A stretch of DNA of 63,336 nt, the filler included, from Octopus bimaculoides (Eukaryota): NCBI RefSeq assembly GCF_001194135.2. It is 5 parts of 5 records of this genome, joined end to end, with 100 filler letters (N's around TTAATTAATTAA, not from the genome) between each part and the next. Parts side by side here need not be neighbours in the genome. Positions count along the whole stretch, not along the records: positions 44,016 to 63,336 come from NC_068987.1; 4 more parts are not named here. The stretch is one strand, 5' to 3'. This document shows, in pieces, positions 52,171 through 63,336 of the stretch (position 1 is the stretch's first letter; the number at the start of each line of letters is the position of its first letter). Made by a program: the position numbers and the translations under genes. The notes under the pieces are model-generated. The model was not told the origin of the DNA. It did no database searches and saw nothing but the letters and a program-made list of their open reading frames with translations.

Positions 52171-53699
52171 CTATTTTTTTTTTTTTTGTATCAGCTCACC
52201 GCCTTGCTTGAGGTACTATTATTTTACCTGTGTCTTTGTTTTCGTTTTTGATCTAGTTTATTTACTAAAAGACTAAATATTTTCGCTCAAAAATTACTTT
52301 CCAAACTGCTCAGAAATCCATTGATATTGGATATCTTTCATTATTATATTTTCTTTTTTGAAATATATTTTATTAATGTCGCTGTAAAATGTTTTCAAAT
52401 ATGGCATTCTTCTCAATGATCTGATGCTTAAAGTAGTGTAAATCTATATAAAAGTTTTTTGTTTTCCTTCAAATGAGTTATGTATTATATTGCTATAATA
52501 TTGCTTGCTATTTTTGTTTTGCTTTTGCTTTGTTTTTTTTTATGTCAAATCCCTCCTTTCCAATTTCACTATACAAAAATAGATCAATCGGTGTTTAATA
52601 TGTTTTGTATACTAACAATTATTTTCCTTTCGTTCTCGAGATATGTTGCAGATTGGATTGATGTAGAATTCAGTGTACAAGGAATAAGCCAATTCCTTTT
52701 CATAGTATCATTGCTTCTAAATAGGTTAGGAGATTAAATCTATTAACATACGGATAGTGTATTTCTCTAGACATAATGGCTTCTGTGGTTATGTCTTATT
52801 TATATATTTATTTCGAGGAGTATTTCATTACAGTTTATCATTTTACAGATTGATGCATTGAAAGAATGTTTAAGACATCGGAAAAAATGTCAAGTCGCTT
52901 TTTATTCTGGCTTTTTACATGTGTCTTCCAAACATTGCTGATTTCAACTTTTCCCTTCTTCTCCACAATGTTGATAAAATAAAGTTCCTGTCAAGTCCTG
53001 GCAATATTTACACTAAGTATTTGACTGATATCCGGAAATAGAACGCTTGATTCTGTGTGCCTTCGTTTCCATTTTAGCAATCTTAAGACACCAACAATTA
53101 GAGGTTCTGCTTCTGTTTATAACCTTCGTAACATTATCATTATGACTGTTCGCATATCTTTAGAATTGGAAATCTATTTAAGAGTAACGTTTTATTTATT
53201 AAGACTGATACTTTGATAAGATGATAAATTTCTCCTCGATAACCATAATCCCTGAAAATTATCTTTTAACTATCAACCTGTGTTTAACTTCATTAGTTAT
53301 GTGTATATAAATCTGCAATCTAAAATGACGGTAAGTATCATCTTTTTCTGGTTAAGTCATCTTACCTATCTCTGCATATACTTCACTTAATTATTTTTAT
53401 TTTAAATTATTTCATTCGTCCGTTTCTATTGTGAGAATCTAAATCTAATCCGTAATAAAAAAATTGCCGTTACCGCGTTGAATCTATTTCCTCTAATGTT
53501 GTTTTTCTGTAGCAGCATTAGTTCAGTTCAGCATCATTAGCTCAGTTCGTCCGTCTCTACGCGTCGGACAAAATGCTTAGCAGTATTAGTTCTAACTCTC
53601 AGCATTATAAGCTCAGTTCTTCCGCCTCAACTTCACTATTTATCCTTTCAGGGAAGCATAATTTTTTTTCCAACTTTTTCCATTCTGCATTTAGATCCT

Positions 53700-54050
53700 G
53701 TTCACATCACCTGAGCCTTTCCATTTTCGGGGTAGATAGAGTGATATGCCAATGAGGTACTGGTGTCGAACCTATCGATTTACACTTCCCTTGAAATTAC
53801 CTGCTTTGTACCAATATCAGAAACCATTATCATTCTTATTCCTAAGACTACGAGCTGGCGTAAACTTTATGGACGTCGGGCAAAATACTTTGGCCGTTTT
53901 TCTATGTAGTAAGTTCAAATTATCGCCGGTGTCAACTTTGCATTTCATCCTTTTGGGGTCGACGAAATGAGAACAACTTAAGCACTGCGGTCGCTGTAAA
54001 CGATTTATTGCCTCCCACGAAAATGCTACCTTGTGCCAAAATGTGAAGCC
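53700..54050 (+). mobile_element. Two degenerate head-to-tail SINE family B copies
   Basis: Cores gagcctttccattttcggggtagat and gtcaactttgcatttcatccttttggggtcgac, each followed by a ttgt(a/g)ccaa...gaa tail. Confidence 0.6.
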
Positions 54051-54369
54051 AGTAGTAGTAGTAGTAGTGGTAGTAGTAGTAGTAGTAGTAGTAGTAGTTG
54101 TAGTACAAGGATGAGGAGGATGAATGGTGGTGGTGGTGGTGATGGTGGTGGTGGTGGTGGTGTAGTGTNNNNNNNNNNNNNNNNNNNNNNNNNNNNNNNN
54201 NNNNNNNNNNNNNNNNNNNNNNNNNNNNNNNNNNNNNNNNNNNNNNNNNNNNNNNNNNNNNNNNNNNNNNGGAGGAGGACGAGGAGGAGGACGAGGAGGA
54301 GGACGAGGAGGAGGACGAGGAGGAGGACGAGGAGGAGGAGGAGGAGGAGGACGACGACGACTACGATGA

Positions 54370-54570
54370 CGAGCTAGCTGAATTGTTAGAACGCCGAGCG
54401 AATTGACTAGCGGCATTTTGTCCGTCGCTATGTTCCGAGTTCAAAGTCGACATTGCCTTTCATCCTTTCGAGGTCGATAAATTTAGTACCACTGAAACAA
54501 TGCAGTCGATGTAATCAAGTAGACTCCCTCCTTTACAATTTCAGTCCTTGTGTCTTTAGTAGAAAGGGTT
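54370..54570 (+). mobile_element. SINE family B
   Basis: gacgagctagctgaattgttag...gcctttcatcctttcgaggtcgataaatttagtacc...ccttgtgtctttagtagaaaggg. Confidence 0.78.
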
Positions 54571-54584
54571 ATTATTAATCAAGA

Positions 54585-56749
54585 CGGATCCGGCCCGTGA
54601 GGTCAGTTTGTCCGGCTCGCCGTCGTATGCTGAGAGAAAGATAATAAACATGCTTCTATACTGCTTCTTACACTTCTTAGATTACGCATGTCCTATGTAT
54701 ACTGAGTCAGTCACGTCACGCGCTACGTATTCCACGTGCCATAATAATTATTACAGTATATCACGTGTGCCCTGGGCTAGTCGCTTGTTAGTGATTACAA
54801 TTCAAGCGAGAATATCTGATGCCGAGTCTTAAGACTGCTTTTGTTTTTTTCTTCAGCCATCGTTATGGCTACTAAGGAGAGAAATGTTGATGATAAATGT
54901 TGGATTTTCAATAAAGAATGGGGAGTAAAGTACTTCTTTTTGAAAACAAACGACCAGAAAGCTAGCTATCTGATATGCAACGAAAGTGTTGCAGTTACGA
55001 AAGAGTACAACATTCGTCGTCACTACGAAACAAAACATTTCTCACTGCATTCTAAATATTCTGGAAAGTTTCGGTGCGAGAAATTTGAATCTATGAAACG
55101 TAGTTTGGAATCTTAAAAAGAAATTCTTTACGAAAAAGTTTGTTGAAAATGAATCTCCTGTAAGTTATTAAATAGTGAATAAGTTGACAGAACGAAGAAG
55201 ACCATTTACTGCCGGAAACTTTCTAAAAGAGTGCATGATGGAAGCAGCAAATGATTTCTGTCCCGAAAACATGTTTGGCTGTATCAGCCTTTCAGCAAGT
55301 TTAGTTGTGCGGAGAATAGAAAAACTTTGAGAGAATATACAGTTACAGAAACATGAGAAAGCTAAGACATTTTTTTTTCTTGATATCCTCTTGCGATGGG
55401 TGAGTCTACTGATCGCTCTAGCACGTCACAGTTTCTTGTGTTCATTCATGGTGTCAATTGCAACTTCGTGTTTATAGTCGATGGAGGAAAAAACATGGCA
55501 GGATTGAGGAAGGGTTTGGTAGAGCTGATCCAGACCAAGTTAGAGGAGCTTCAATTTCCGAAGGCTCTGTTTATACTCTGCATTATACATCAGCAAACAC
55601 TCTGTGGGAAACACTTAAATATTTCTTGCATACTAAAACCGGTTTCAACTGTGGCGAACTTTATTCGGAAACATAGGCTTAATCACCAACAGTTCCAGGT
55701 TTCCCTTGAAGAAATGGATTCTAATTTATCTGACTTGCCTTACTATACAGAAATGAGATGACTTAGTTGCGGTAAAGTCCTGTTTCATTTTTATAAGCTC
55801 CGAAGAGAAACAGATCTTTTTCTCACCAAAAAGAATAGAGCTGATCCACAGCTGTCAGGTCCTTCATGGTTATGAAAGTTGACGCTTATAGTTGACATCA
55901 TTTCTCATATGAATGAATTGAATTTAAATCTGCAAGGAAAGAATAACCTTGTCTGTGATCTCTACAGAATTATTACAGCATTTCGGAGAAAGCTATCATT
56001 GTTTGAAGCACAAATTGAAGGAGAAAAGTTCTCTCATTTTCAGTGTTTTCAAGAGTTTTGCACAGAAAATGTGGAATGTGTTAACCTTGAGTTTCAGCAA
56101 AAGATTATTCGAGATTAAATAAGCATTTTTCTCAAAGAGTTTCAGATATTGACAGAATTGTGAATGAAATTCATTGGCTATAATCTTGATAACATGCCAA
56201 CTGAACTATAACTGGGGCTTATTGACTTGCAAGCTAATACCTTGTTAAAAGAGAATCACAGAGAAATGTATCGCTGCTTGCCTGCTGATGAGCTTTCAAA
56301 ATTGAAAACAATTGCCTAAGGTATGGCATCACTTCAAAAATGAAGTTTATGAAGTCAAGGCTCACTGATGAACATTTGAAAGCAATATTTATGGTTGGCT
56401 GCAGCAATCATAAAGCAAATGTCAATGTATTTTGGAAGCAAAACACCAGTTTCACAAATTTCATTAAATTGTGTGCTGCTTAGTTTTTTTATGCAATTCA
56501 GTTATGCGCGCACTTTTTCTAAAAATTCTAACTTGGTAATATTTTGCTATTATTAAAATATGTTAATTGTTTTTTTATTATTTTGTGTGTTTTATGTATT
56601 GATAAATAAATAGGATGACTGCCTTTATTTTTTGTGTATGTTCAATGTATTATATAGTGTGCTAAATTTAAGAAAACATTTATCCGGCCCGCGCTTGGCA
56701 TTCTTTTAGCTATATCTGGCCCACAATGAAAAAAGTCTTGTGACCCCTG
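54585..56749 (+). mobile_element. hAT transposon (SPIN/Charlie/Buster, GTF2IRD2-like transposase), decayed
   Basis: Broken ORF 54865-56467: BED-finger-like LICNESVAVTKEYNIRRHYETKH, (D>G)ESTD, CIIHQQTLC, YYTEMR, LQGKN, SRLTDEHL. Right TIR gtcttgtgacccctg followed by cacTAgag (nnnTAnnn type). The left terminus is missing. Confidence 0.9.
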
Positions 56750-57536
56750 CACTAGAGAAATGGAAAGATAAATCACCCTATAGGCTTGACAATAAGGAAT
56801 AACATCAGAGTGGTGATCTGAATAAGTCTCATTTTTATTGCACAGGATCAAAACCTGACCGAACTGAATTACTGAAAGGAAATAAAAGAAAACCATTAAG
56901 TCTCAGCAGGGAAATCAGTACATTGAGAAAGCTATGCACAAAAAATTACTGACCAATATTTGTATATTCGGAAATATATGCAAATAAGTCTAAGTCAATC
57001 GCTGCACATATGATGAACAATATGGCAACACTTTGATCTTCAAATAGAATCATAGGCTACAATCATTTGGGGCATTGTATTCCTAGCATTGAATAATATC
57101 AATGCAAAATATCCAAATTTAATTAAGAAGACCGAAATAAGATATTTGTATGTGATAGACAATTCCCTGCGGATCAAAAATATCTTTCAAAGGAGGAGTA
57201 ACTAGCAAATTTAAAGCATCTTGTAAATAATAAAGATGGTTGTGGATATAAATAGAGAACTGATATGAATAACAATGAGATAAAAACAAGCCTGGTCAGA
57301 AACATCAGGGAAATTATTAGAAATGGCAACTCTTGATTCATTTCAACAAATCAGTGCTGCTGGACAGGCACCGGGCACTAAAGATAGGAATTTTCAATGC
57401 GATAAAACATGTCAGTGAGTCAGTTCGCTGCATACAAGAAATGAGTTTTATAATTACCGGCAAAATAAAATAACTCGCGTAGCACATACAACAAACTAGA
57501 AAACGTCTATAATAAGAGAAAGGGGATGAAAAGATT

Positions 57537-58035
57537 AGACGTAGCTGTGTGGTAAGAATCTTGTTTCTCAATCACCTGGTTTCGGGTTCAGTCCCACTTC
57601 GAGGCACCTTGGGCAGGTGTCTTCTACTATAACATCGAGCCGAGNNNNNNNNNNNNNNNNNNNNNNNNNNNNNNNNNNNNNNNNNNNNNNNNNNNNNNNN
57701 NNNNNNNNNNNNNNNNNNNNNNNNNNNNNNNNNNNNNNNNNNNNNNNNNNNNNNNNNNNNNNNNNNNNNNNNNNNNNNNNNNNNNNNNNNNNNNNNNNNN
57801 NNNNNNNNNNNNNNNNNNNNNNNNNNNNNNNNNNNNNNNNNNNNNNNNNNNNNNNNNNNNNNNNNNNNNNNNNNNNNNNNNNNNNNNNNNNNNNGTGTAT
57901 CCTTAAATCAGTGGTTTGGCAAAAGATACCGATAGATTAAGTACCACTTAAAAAATAAAAGAACGAATTACTGCAGTCGATAAATTCGACTAAAAATTCA
58001 AGGTGGTGCCACGGCATAACCACAGTCTAGTTACT
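57537..58035 (+). mobile_element. SINE family A with a gap at its internal microsatellite
   Basis: Head gtagctgtgtggtaag...gggttcagtcccac before the gap; tail ttggcaaaagataccgatag...ggtggtgccacggcat after it. Confidence 0.78.
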
Positions 58036-59280
58036 GAAAAAAGTATAAAATAAAATATAAATTTTTCAACACAGAAATCCTGCATTTATTTCAGTCATCA
58101 AGACAAATTCCTCACGGAAAACAAAGGAGTTGTGCCACTGGAAAAAGCAAAAGAATTTACAAAATAAAAATTTAAGTAAACAAATTAAGAATAAAACCTT
58201 GAAAGAGAATAAAACACTGAAAATATTATACTGAAACACTGAAGTAATTTTTCCGCCAGAGAATGAGCTATGGTTTTGAATGGAGTCGTACACATATCAC
58301 TATTTATATGGTTTATGGTTGAACATTATTCTCTACGCAACGTAGTTTTGACCACACTGAACAGTAGACAAATGGGCCGCTGATTCATTAGAAATAATAT
58401 ACCTTCAATTACAGTTAACACGTATGAAAAGTGACCACACTGAGCAACCAGCAGGCTATGCATACACCATGCAGTGCCACTGATATTAATGGAATTATAT
58501 CAAAGACTGATGGGATGGCGAGGCACAGCGAGTAATGATGAGAATGATGGGAAAGTTAATGGTATAAAGCAATTAGTTGCACTCAGTAATTTCTATCTTA
58601 ACAGTGTCACATAACAAAGAGAGTGAAAATATTTTAAAAAGAAACTCAGTTATTGGACAATGAAATACAGTTTATATTGCAATTTAAAGTAAAAACAGAG
58701 TAAACAGAAATTCGAAGAGCAACAACACTAACGCCACCTCCAACAACAGTAACAGCAGGAGTAATATCATCGTCACTACCATAGCCACCAACACAACCAA
58801 TAATAATAACTATAATATTTTGCAAGGATACAAAAAAAGCATATAAAATTATATATAAAAGAAAAAAATACGTCTAGAAATAAACCAACGTGTGATAACA
58901 AACAAAAGAGCCAGAATCTAAATCTATTTTCTAATGTGAAGAGGTGATATGTGTTCAATTTATTGATGCGTTGAAACATAATTGTCCATTCCTGCTGAGA
59001 GACTAAGCTATAGAGTTTTATACAAATATAAGTGTTAGTGTTTTGAAGGTTGTTTTTGTGCAGGAATGTGTACAGTCGGTTAACAAAGACCAAACAGGGT
59101 AAAAAATATATACATAAATATCATTTGCAGGAACAAAAATACAAAAATATGACGAAGATAAACTGCGGTACTACTTGCCGAGATGAATGATATGAAATGT
59201 AGTTCCGCTTCATTGCATGTAAAAGGCAATTAATTTACTATCTCAGCTTAAAGAGAATAAAATAGAATCATATATATACA

Positions 59281-59360
<80 letters not shown>

Positions 59361-60319
59361 AGAGAGAGAGAGATAATAGATAGAGTGTTAGATAAATATG
59401 TGTGCGTGTGTTTTTGCTTGTGTGAGAGCACGTGCGTGTGTGTGTGTGTATGTGCATGTGTACACGCATGTGTGTGCGCCCGCGTGTATATGTATACACA
59501 ACCATGTCTGTGCGTATATCTCTCTCTCTCTCCCTATATATATACACATACACACACACATGCATATATATATACAGTCGCGCGTGCACACACACAGGTT
59601 TCATTCCATGTTCGTATTTGCAAGAGTATGATCATATAAACTTGGGTCACGTCGTGCTTTTGTGTGTATGTGTGGTGTATATTTGTTTGTCTGCATTTCA
59701 TTTTCTGTAGAGTCTGCCCTACGTTTCAGAGGCAGATTATTTGAAGTTAGTAATTTCACTTGACTTTTAAATATTAATTTTTAATCTAGCGTTCGAGAAA
59801 GAATATTAATTCACCCTATATAAGATACCAATTGGCAGCATGTAAGTCCTCTTTGTAATTTTGTGCTGATGAAAATCTAAACACGTATATGTACTCAGGT
59901 ACTGTTTTCTATTTTTTCTCTTTCTTGCAAGAACCTACACACACACACACACGCACCCCCCCCACACACACATGTACATATATGTATGTATATGTATACT
60001 AATGTACGTATATGTATGTCTACATACACACATACATACATATATATTATCGAAAAATGCACATACACACATATATGTGTGTATGGATATGTGTGCATGC
60101 ATGTGTGCGTATGTATACATGCACTTGTATAAATAAACGGGAAACTTTTATGAATATGTTCAGGCACTTATGTTGAATTACATAAGTTAGAATTGGGTGA
60201 TTAAATAAGATTCAACCAAATGAAATTAGTTACAATACTTTTTAACTAAACTTAAGATATTCTTAGTCCGTATACCTCTTTACAGATTCAACCAGAGTAA
60301 TACCTTTGCTTCTAGTTTC

Positions 60320-60390
<71 letters not shown>

Positions 60391-60864
60391 TAGATAGATA
60401 GATAGATATCCATACCTATATACATGCATATAAACATGCTTCTAACAGGTTGTTGGAGTCGTGTGCATGACATATGGCTATCTTGTGCTTTTTAGACCTG
60501 ATGGAATGCATTTATTTCCTGATCTGTCTGCAGAAAATCTCTTTCAGACGTAACAAAAGAGATTGATAGAAATGAGAAGGAAAGAAAGAAAGAAAGAGAA
60601 CGAGAGAGAGATGTGGGGGTACAAAACAGAGACGGAGAAAATGGGAAGAATGACTGCAAACCAATCGTCCATGCCAGAATAAGTCTCCAAAACGATCCAC
60701 ATGGATATTTTTAAATGTATAATCCATGTTTTGATCACAAACACATATCGCCACCATAATAGAACTAGTGAATGATCTCTGTGGCGCACCGTTTTTAAAC
60801 GATATACGAACTTCCATAATGATGATGATGATGATGTCAATAACAATAATAATAATAATAATAA

Positions 60865-60919
<55 letters not shown>

Positions 60920-60920
<1 letters not shown>

Positions 60921-61400
60921 TAGAAACAGGATGTTGTAGTATTTCAGCATTCAGACTGACGGAGTATTAGAAGCTAGAAGTCTTGATTTAATAGTAGTAG
61001 ATAAAAATAACAGAAAGTACCAGATAATTTACTTTACAGTTCCAATTGATAAAAACATTAATATGCGAAGTATACAAAAACTAGCAAAGTACCAGGACTT
61101 AGCTATTGAATTACAGTGACTATGGAATGTGCAAGTGAAATGTATCACAGAAGTTATAGGTGCATTGGGAACTATCCCTAAAGATCTTAACAAATGGATA
61201 GAGGAAATAGGAATAAAACCTAATTTAGTACAGCTCCAGAAAAGAGTGCTATTAGGGATAGCTAGGATACGTAGGTGGATCCATGGCATATAAGGTTACT
61301 TGTAGCCCGATAGGAGAGTTCTTCAAATCTAATGTTACTTGCTGAAGCCCGATGTAAAGATTTTTTTATTTTCCAACATTCCAATATGATAAGTGTATAT
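60920..61400 (+). mobile_element. R4/Dong-like retrotransposon extreme 3' fragment
   Basis: IQTDGVLEARSLDLIVVDK, KLAKYQDLAIELQ*LWNVQVK, VIGALGTIPKDLNKWIEEIGI, LQKRVLLGIARI; preceded by (AAT)(TAG)n. Confidence 0.85.
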
Positions 61401-62296
61401 GGAAATAATAATGATATGATTCTAAGAAGAAAAAGAAGACGAATGAGAAAAAGCAAGGAAAGAAGAAAAAAAAAACGAAACTGCAAAGGAGAAGGAAATG
61501 ACCAACTTTACGTTTTAATCTTATACATGTAATATACAAAAAAAAAAATAATGTTATAAAATGAAATAAAATGAAATATAGATACACACACACACATACA
61601 TATGCACACGAATTTAAATATGTATAACGCATCTATACACATATGATTATATTGGTATGAGTCGTGTGTGTGCACAAGGAGATCTATATGTTCATATATA
61701 TTTCCGATCTATCGAGCTACACACTGCCAAATACACCTACACATACTCATATAAACGCACATATGCAAGGATACACATAAATACAAATGTATAAACAAAG
61801 AAACAGACACATCAACTCCATCCTACGCCCACACACAAACAAACACACACACACACACACACAAACACACAAACACACAAACACACACACTCACATATCT
61901 ATATTGGTTGTTATCAGTGAATGTATTTGATAAATATCAGGAATTCAGCTACAATTGTTCCGCAGCTACTCTTTGATAAATATCGATTAAAAGCTGTGTA
62001 TATTGTGCAGAGTCTAAATATCTAATGGTGATAAGTCATCTAGAAAGCTTAAAGTGTAATTTGTGTTTGTTTTCATCTGAACTCCCAATAGACAACCCTC
62101 AGTTTTTAGACTCATTCGATGGAAACACGTGCTGCACATTGCTGAAGTATTACATGGTACTTGATACATGATATATCACAAGCTGAGAATGAATTTCTCT
62201 TTAAATGATTTGTTCCTGAAAGATAACACTATTTATTTGAATACGAGAAATATTATTAATATCAATGATAGAACACAGATCATTGACAAGACATAC

Positions 62297-62370
62297 ACGG
62301 GTGAGTGCATCATGTAGTTTATGTATTGCAGCATCTAATTCATTTTCTAGCAGCTTTAGTTCTAAACCAG
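62297..62370 (-). CDS. Candidate coding exon of an unidentified gene (AGLELKLLENELDAAIHKLHDALTR)
   Basis: Acceptor aatttgctttcag|, donor CGT|gtatgt, 74 nt, phase 1-0, open frame compatible with the microexon at 62551-62574. No homologue recognised. Confidence 0.4.
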
Positions 62371-62550
62371 CTGAAAGCAAATTTTTTTCTTTATCCCGGG
62401 GTTCAAAAACTTCCACCTAAGTATACTAGATTCATCTCATTTAGCAACTTTTACGTCTGTTCAATCTGTAATCGATAACTATTTTAAAATTCCAAAGTGA
62501 TAATTCATTCTTATGTGAATTTGTGTTAGTGTCAAGAAAAAATTACTTAC

Positions 62551-62574
62551 CAAAGACTGGAATTCTAATCATAG
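62551..62574 (-). CDS. Candidate 24-nt microexon (xMIRIPVFx)
   Basis: Acceptor attttatgtcttacag|, donor TTG|gtaagt; only the phase 1-1 reading is stop-free. Confidence 0.4.
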
Positions 62575-62719
62575 CTGTAAGACATAAAATGGTCCTTCAT
62601 TTGCTAAAGCCCTATTAATCTCAAATGACCACACTGAAATGCTGCTCCCCCATTTGAAACACTGTTGTTATATAAAAAAAAATTGGACAACTTAAATAAA
62701 GGCACCCAATTTATTGAAA

Positions 62720-62935
62720 ATATTTCTCTTTACAACATAATGGTTTACAATTTTGGCACAAGGGTAGCCATTTAGGAGAAGGCGATGAGTCAATTAAATT
62801 GACCCACTGTTTCGCTGCTACTTAATGTATCAACCCTGAAATGATGAAAGGTACAGCGGAATCTAAACTCAGAATCCGAAGACAGACGAAATACCGCTAA
62901 GCATACCGCTAACGATTTTGCCAGCTCGACCCTTT
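62720..62935 (-). mobile_element. SINE family B, degenerate
   Basis: ttttggcacaaggg...atgatgaaagg...gacagacgaaataccgctaagc...gctaacgattttgccagctcg. Confidence 0.7.
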
Positions 62936-63336
62936 CTTTACAGTATAAAAAAGCTGAGTTTACTCTTCCTTCAGTCAAATCTGCTGCGATCAGACTGCGT
63001 GGAGTTAGCTCTTCTCTTGCCATTTGCTCTTAGTCGCTTGCAAATTATACCTCTTCACTCAGATTATTGACTTTTTTCTGAACATTTTGCAATGATTTAC
63101 TAAGGGAATTCAAATTCCTGACGTTCCATCATTGCTTATTATTTCAGAAGAAGCCTAGTATGATTTATTGACTCCACCGATTCTTCTGTACGAAATCATT
63201 GACAACAGTGTTATGCACTATTACAGAATAATGAACATGCGTGCACACATGTAGATACATATATGCATATGTGCGAGAGCGTAAGTTTATATGTATGTGT
63301 GTGTGTGTATGTATATATATATATATATATATATAT

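Noticed and set aside
57320-57414. Exon-like MATLDSFQQISAAGQAPGTKDRNFQCDKTC with a GTGAGT donor
   Set aside because: Weak acceptor, no recognised homology, no partner exons; too little support to call.
62165-62300. Plus-strand open frame (…LFLKDNTIYLNTRNIININDRTQIIDKTYT) ending at a GTGAGT donor
   Set aside because: No convincing acceptor or partner exon; low-complexity AT-rich codons.
62297-62419. VEVFEPRDKEKNLLS...LKLLE resembles HMGCL VEVGPRDGLQNEKNIVS...IKLID
   Set aside because: It lacks the invariant GLQN residues and needs a gap in the catalytic motif; a stronger internal acceptor gives a different reading. Treated as coincidence.

Overview
AT-rich, microsatellite-dense, gapped eukaryotic genomic DNA (about 7.5-8 kb of N). 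The repeat families look like those I recall from Octopus assemblies, so an octopod origin is an inference. The only gene I can identify with confidence is HMG-CoA lyase (HMGCL) on the minus strand, through its last two coding exons (10422-10547 and 5704-5805). I could not find its upstream exons, and an artificial scaffold-join spacer lies about 1.8 kb upstream. The rest is mostly mobile-element debris: tRNA-derived SINEs (three families, called A, B and D here), short RTE-type 3' tails (family C), six R4/Dong-like retrotransposon 3' fragments lying in trinucleotide arrays, one CR1-type and one RTE-type LINE fragment, mariner and maT (DD37D) relics, a long-TIR mariner MITE, hAT MITEs and a decayed SPIN/Buster-like hAT. 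Almost all long ORFs in the supplied track come from microsatellites or N-gaps. I found no clearly novel system. The best leads are possible alternative terminal exons of HMGCL, an unidentified 24-nt microexon plus exon near 62.3-62.6 kb, microsatellite-associated R4/Dong elements, and several long inverted-repeat (dsRNA) structures. Repeat boundaries are approximate (about 10-20 bp) and identities were judged by eye.
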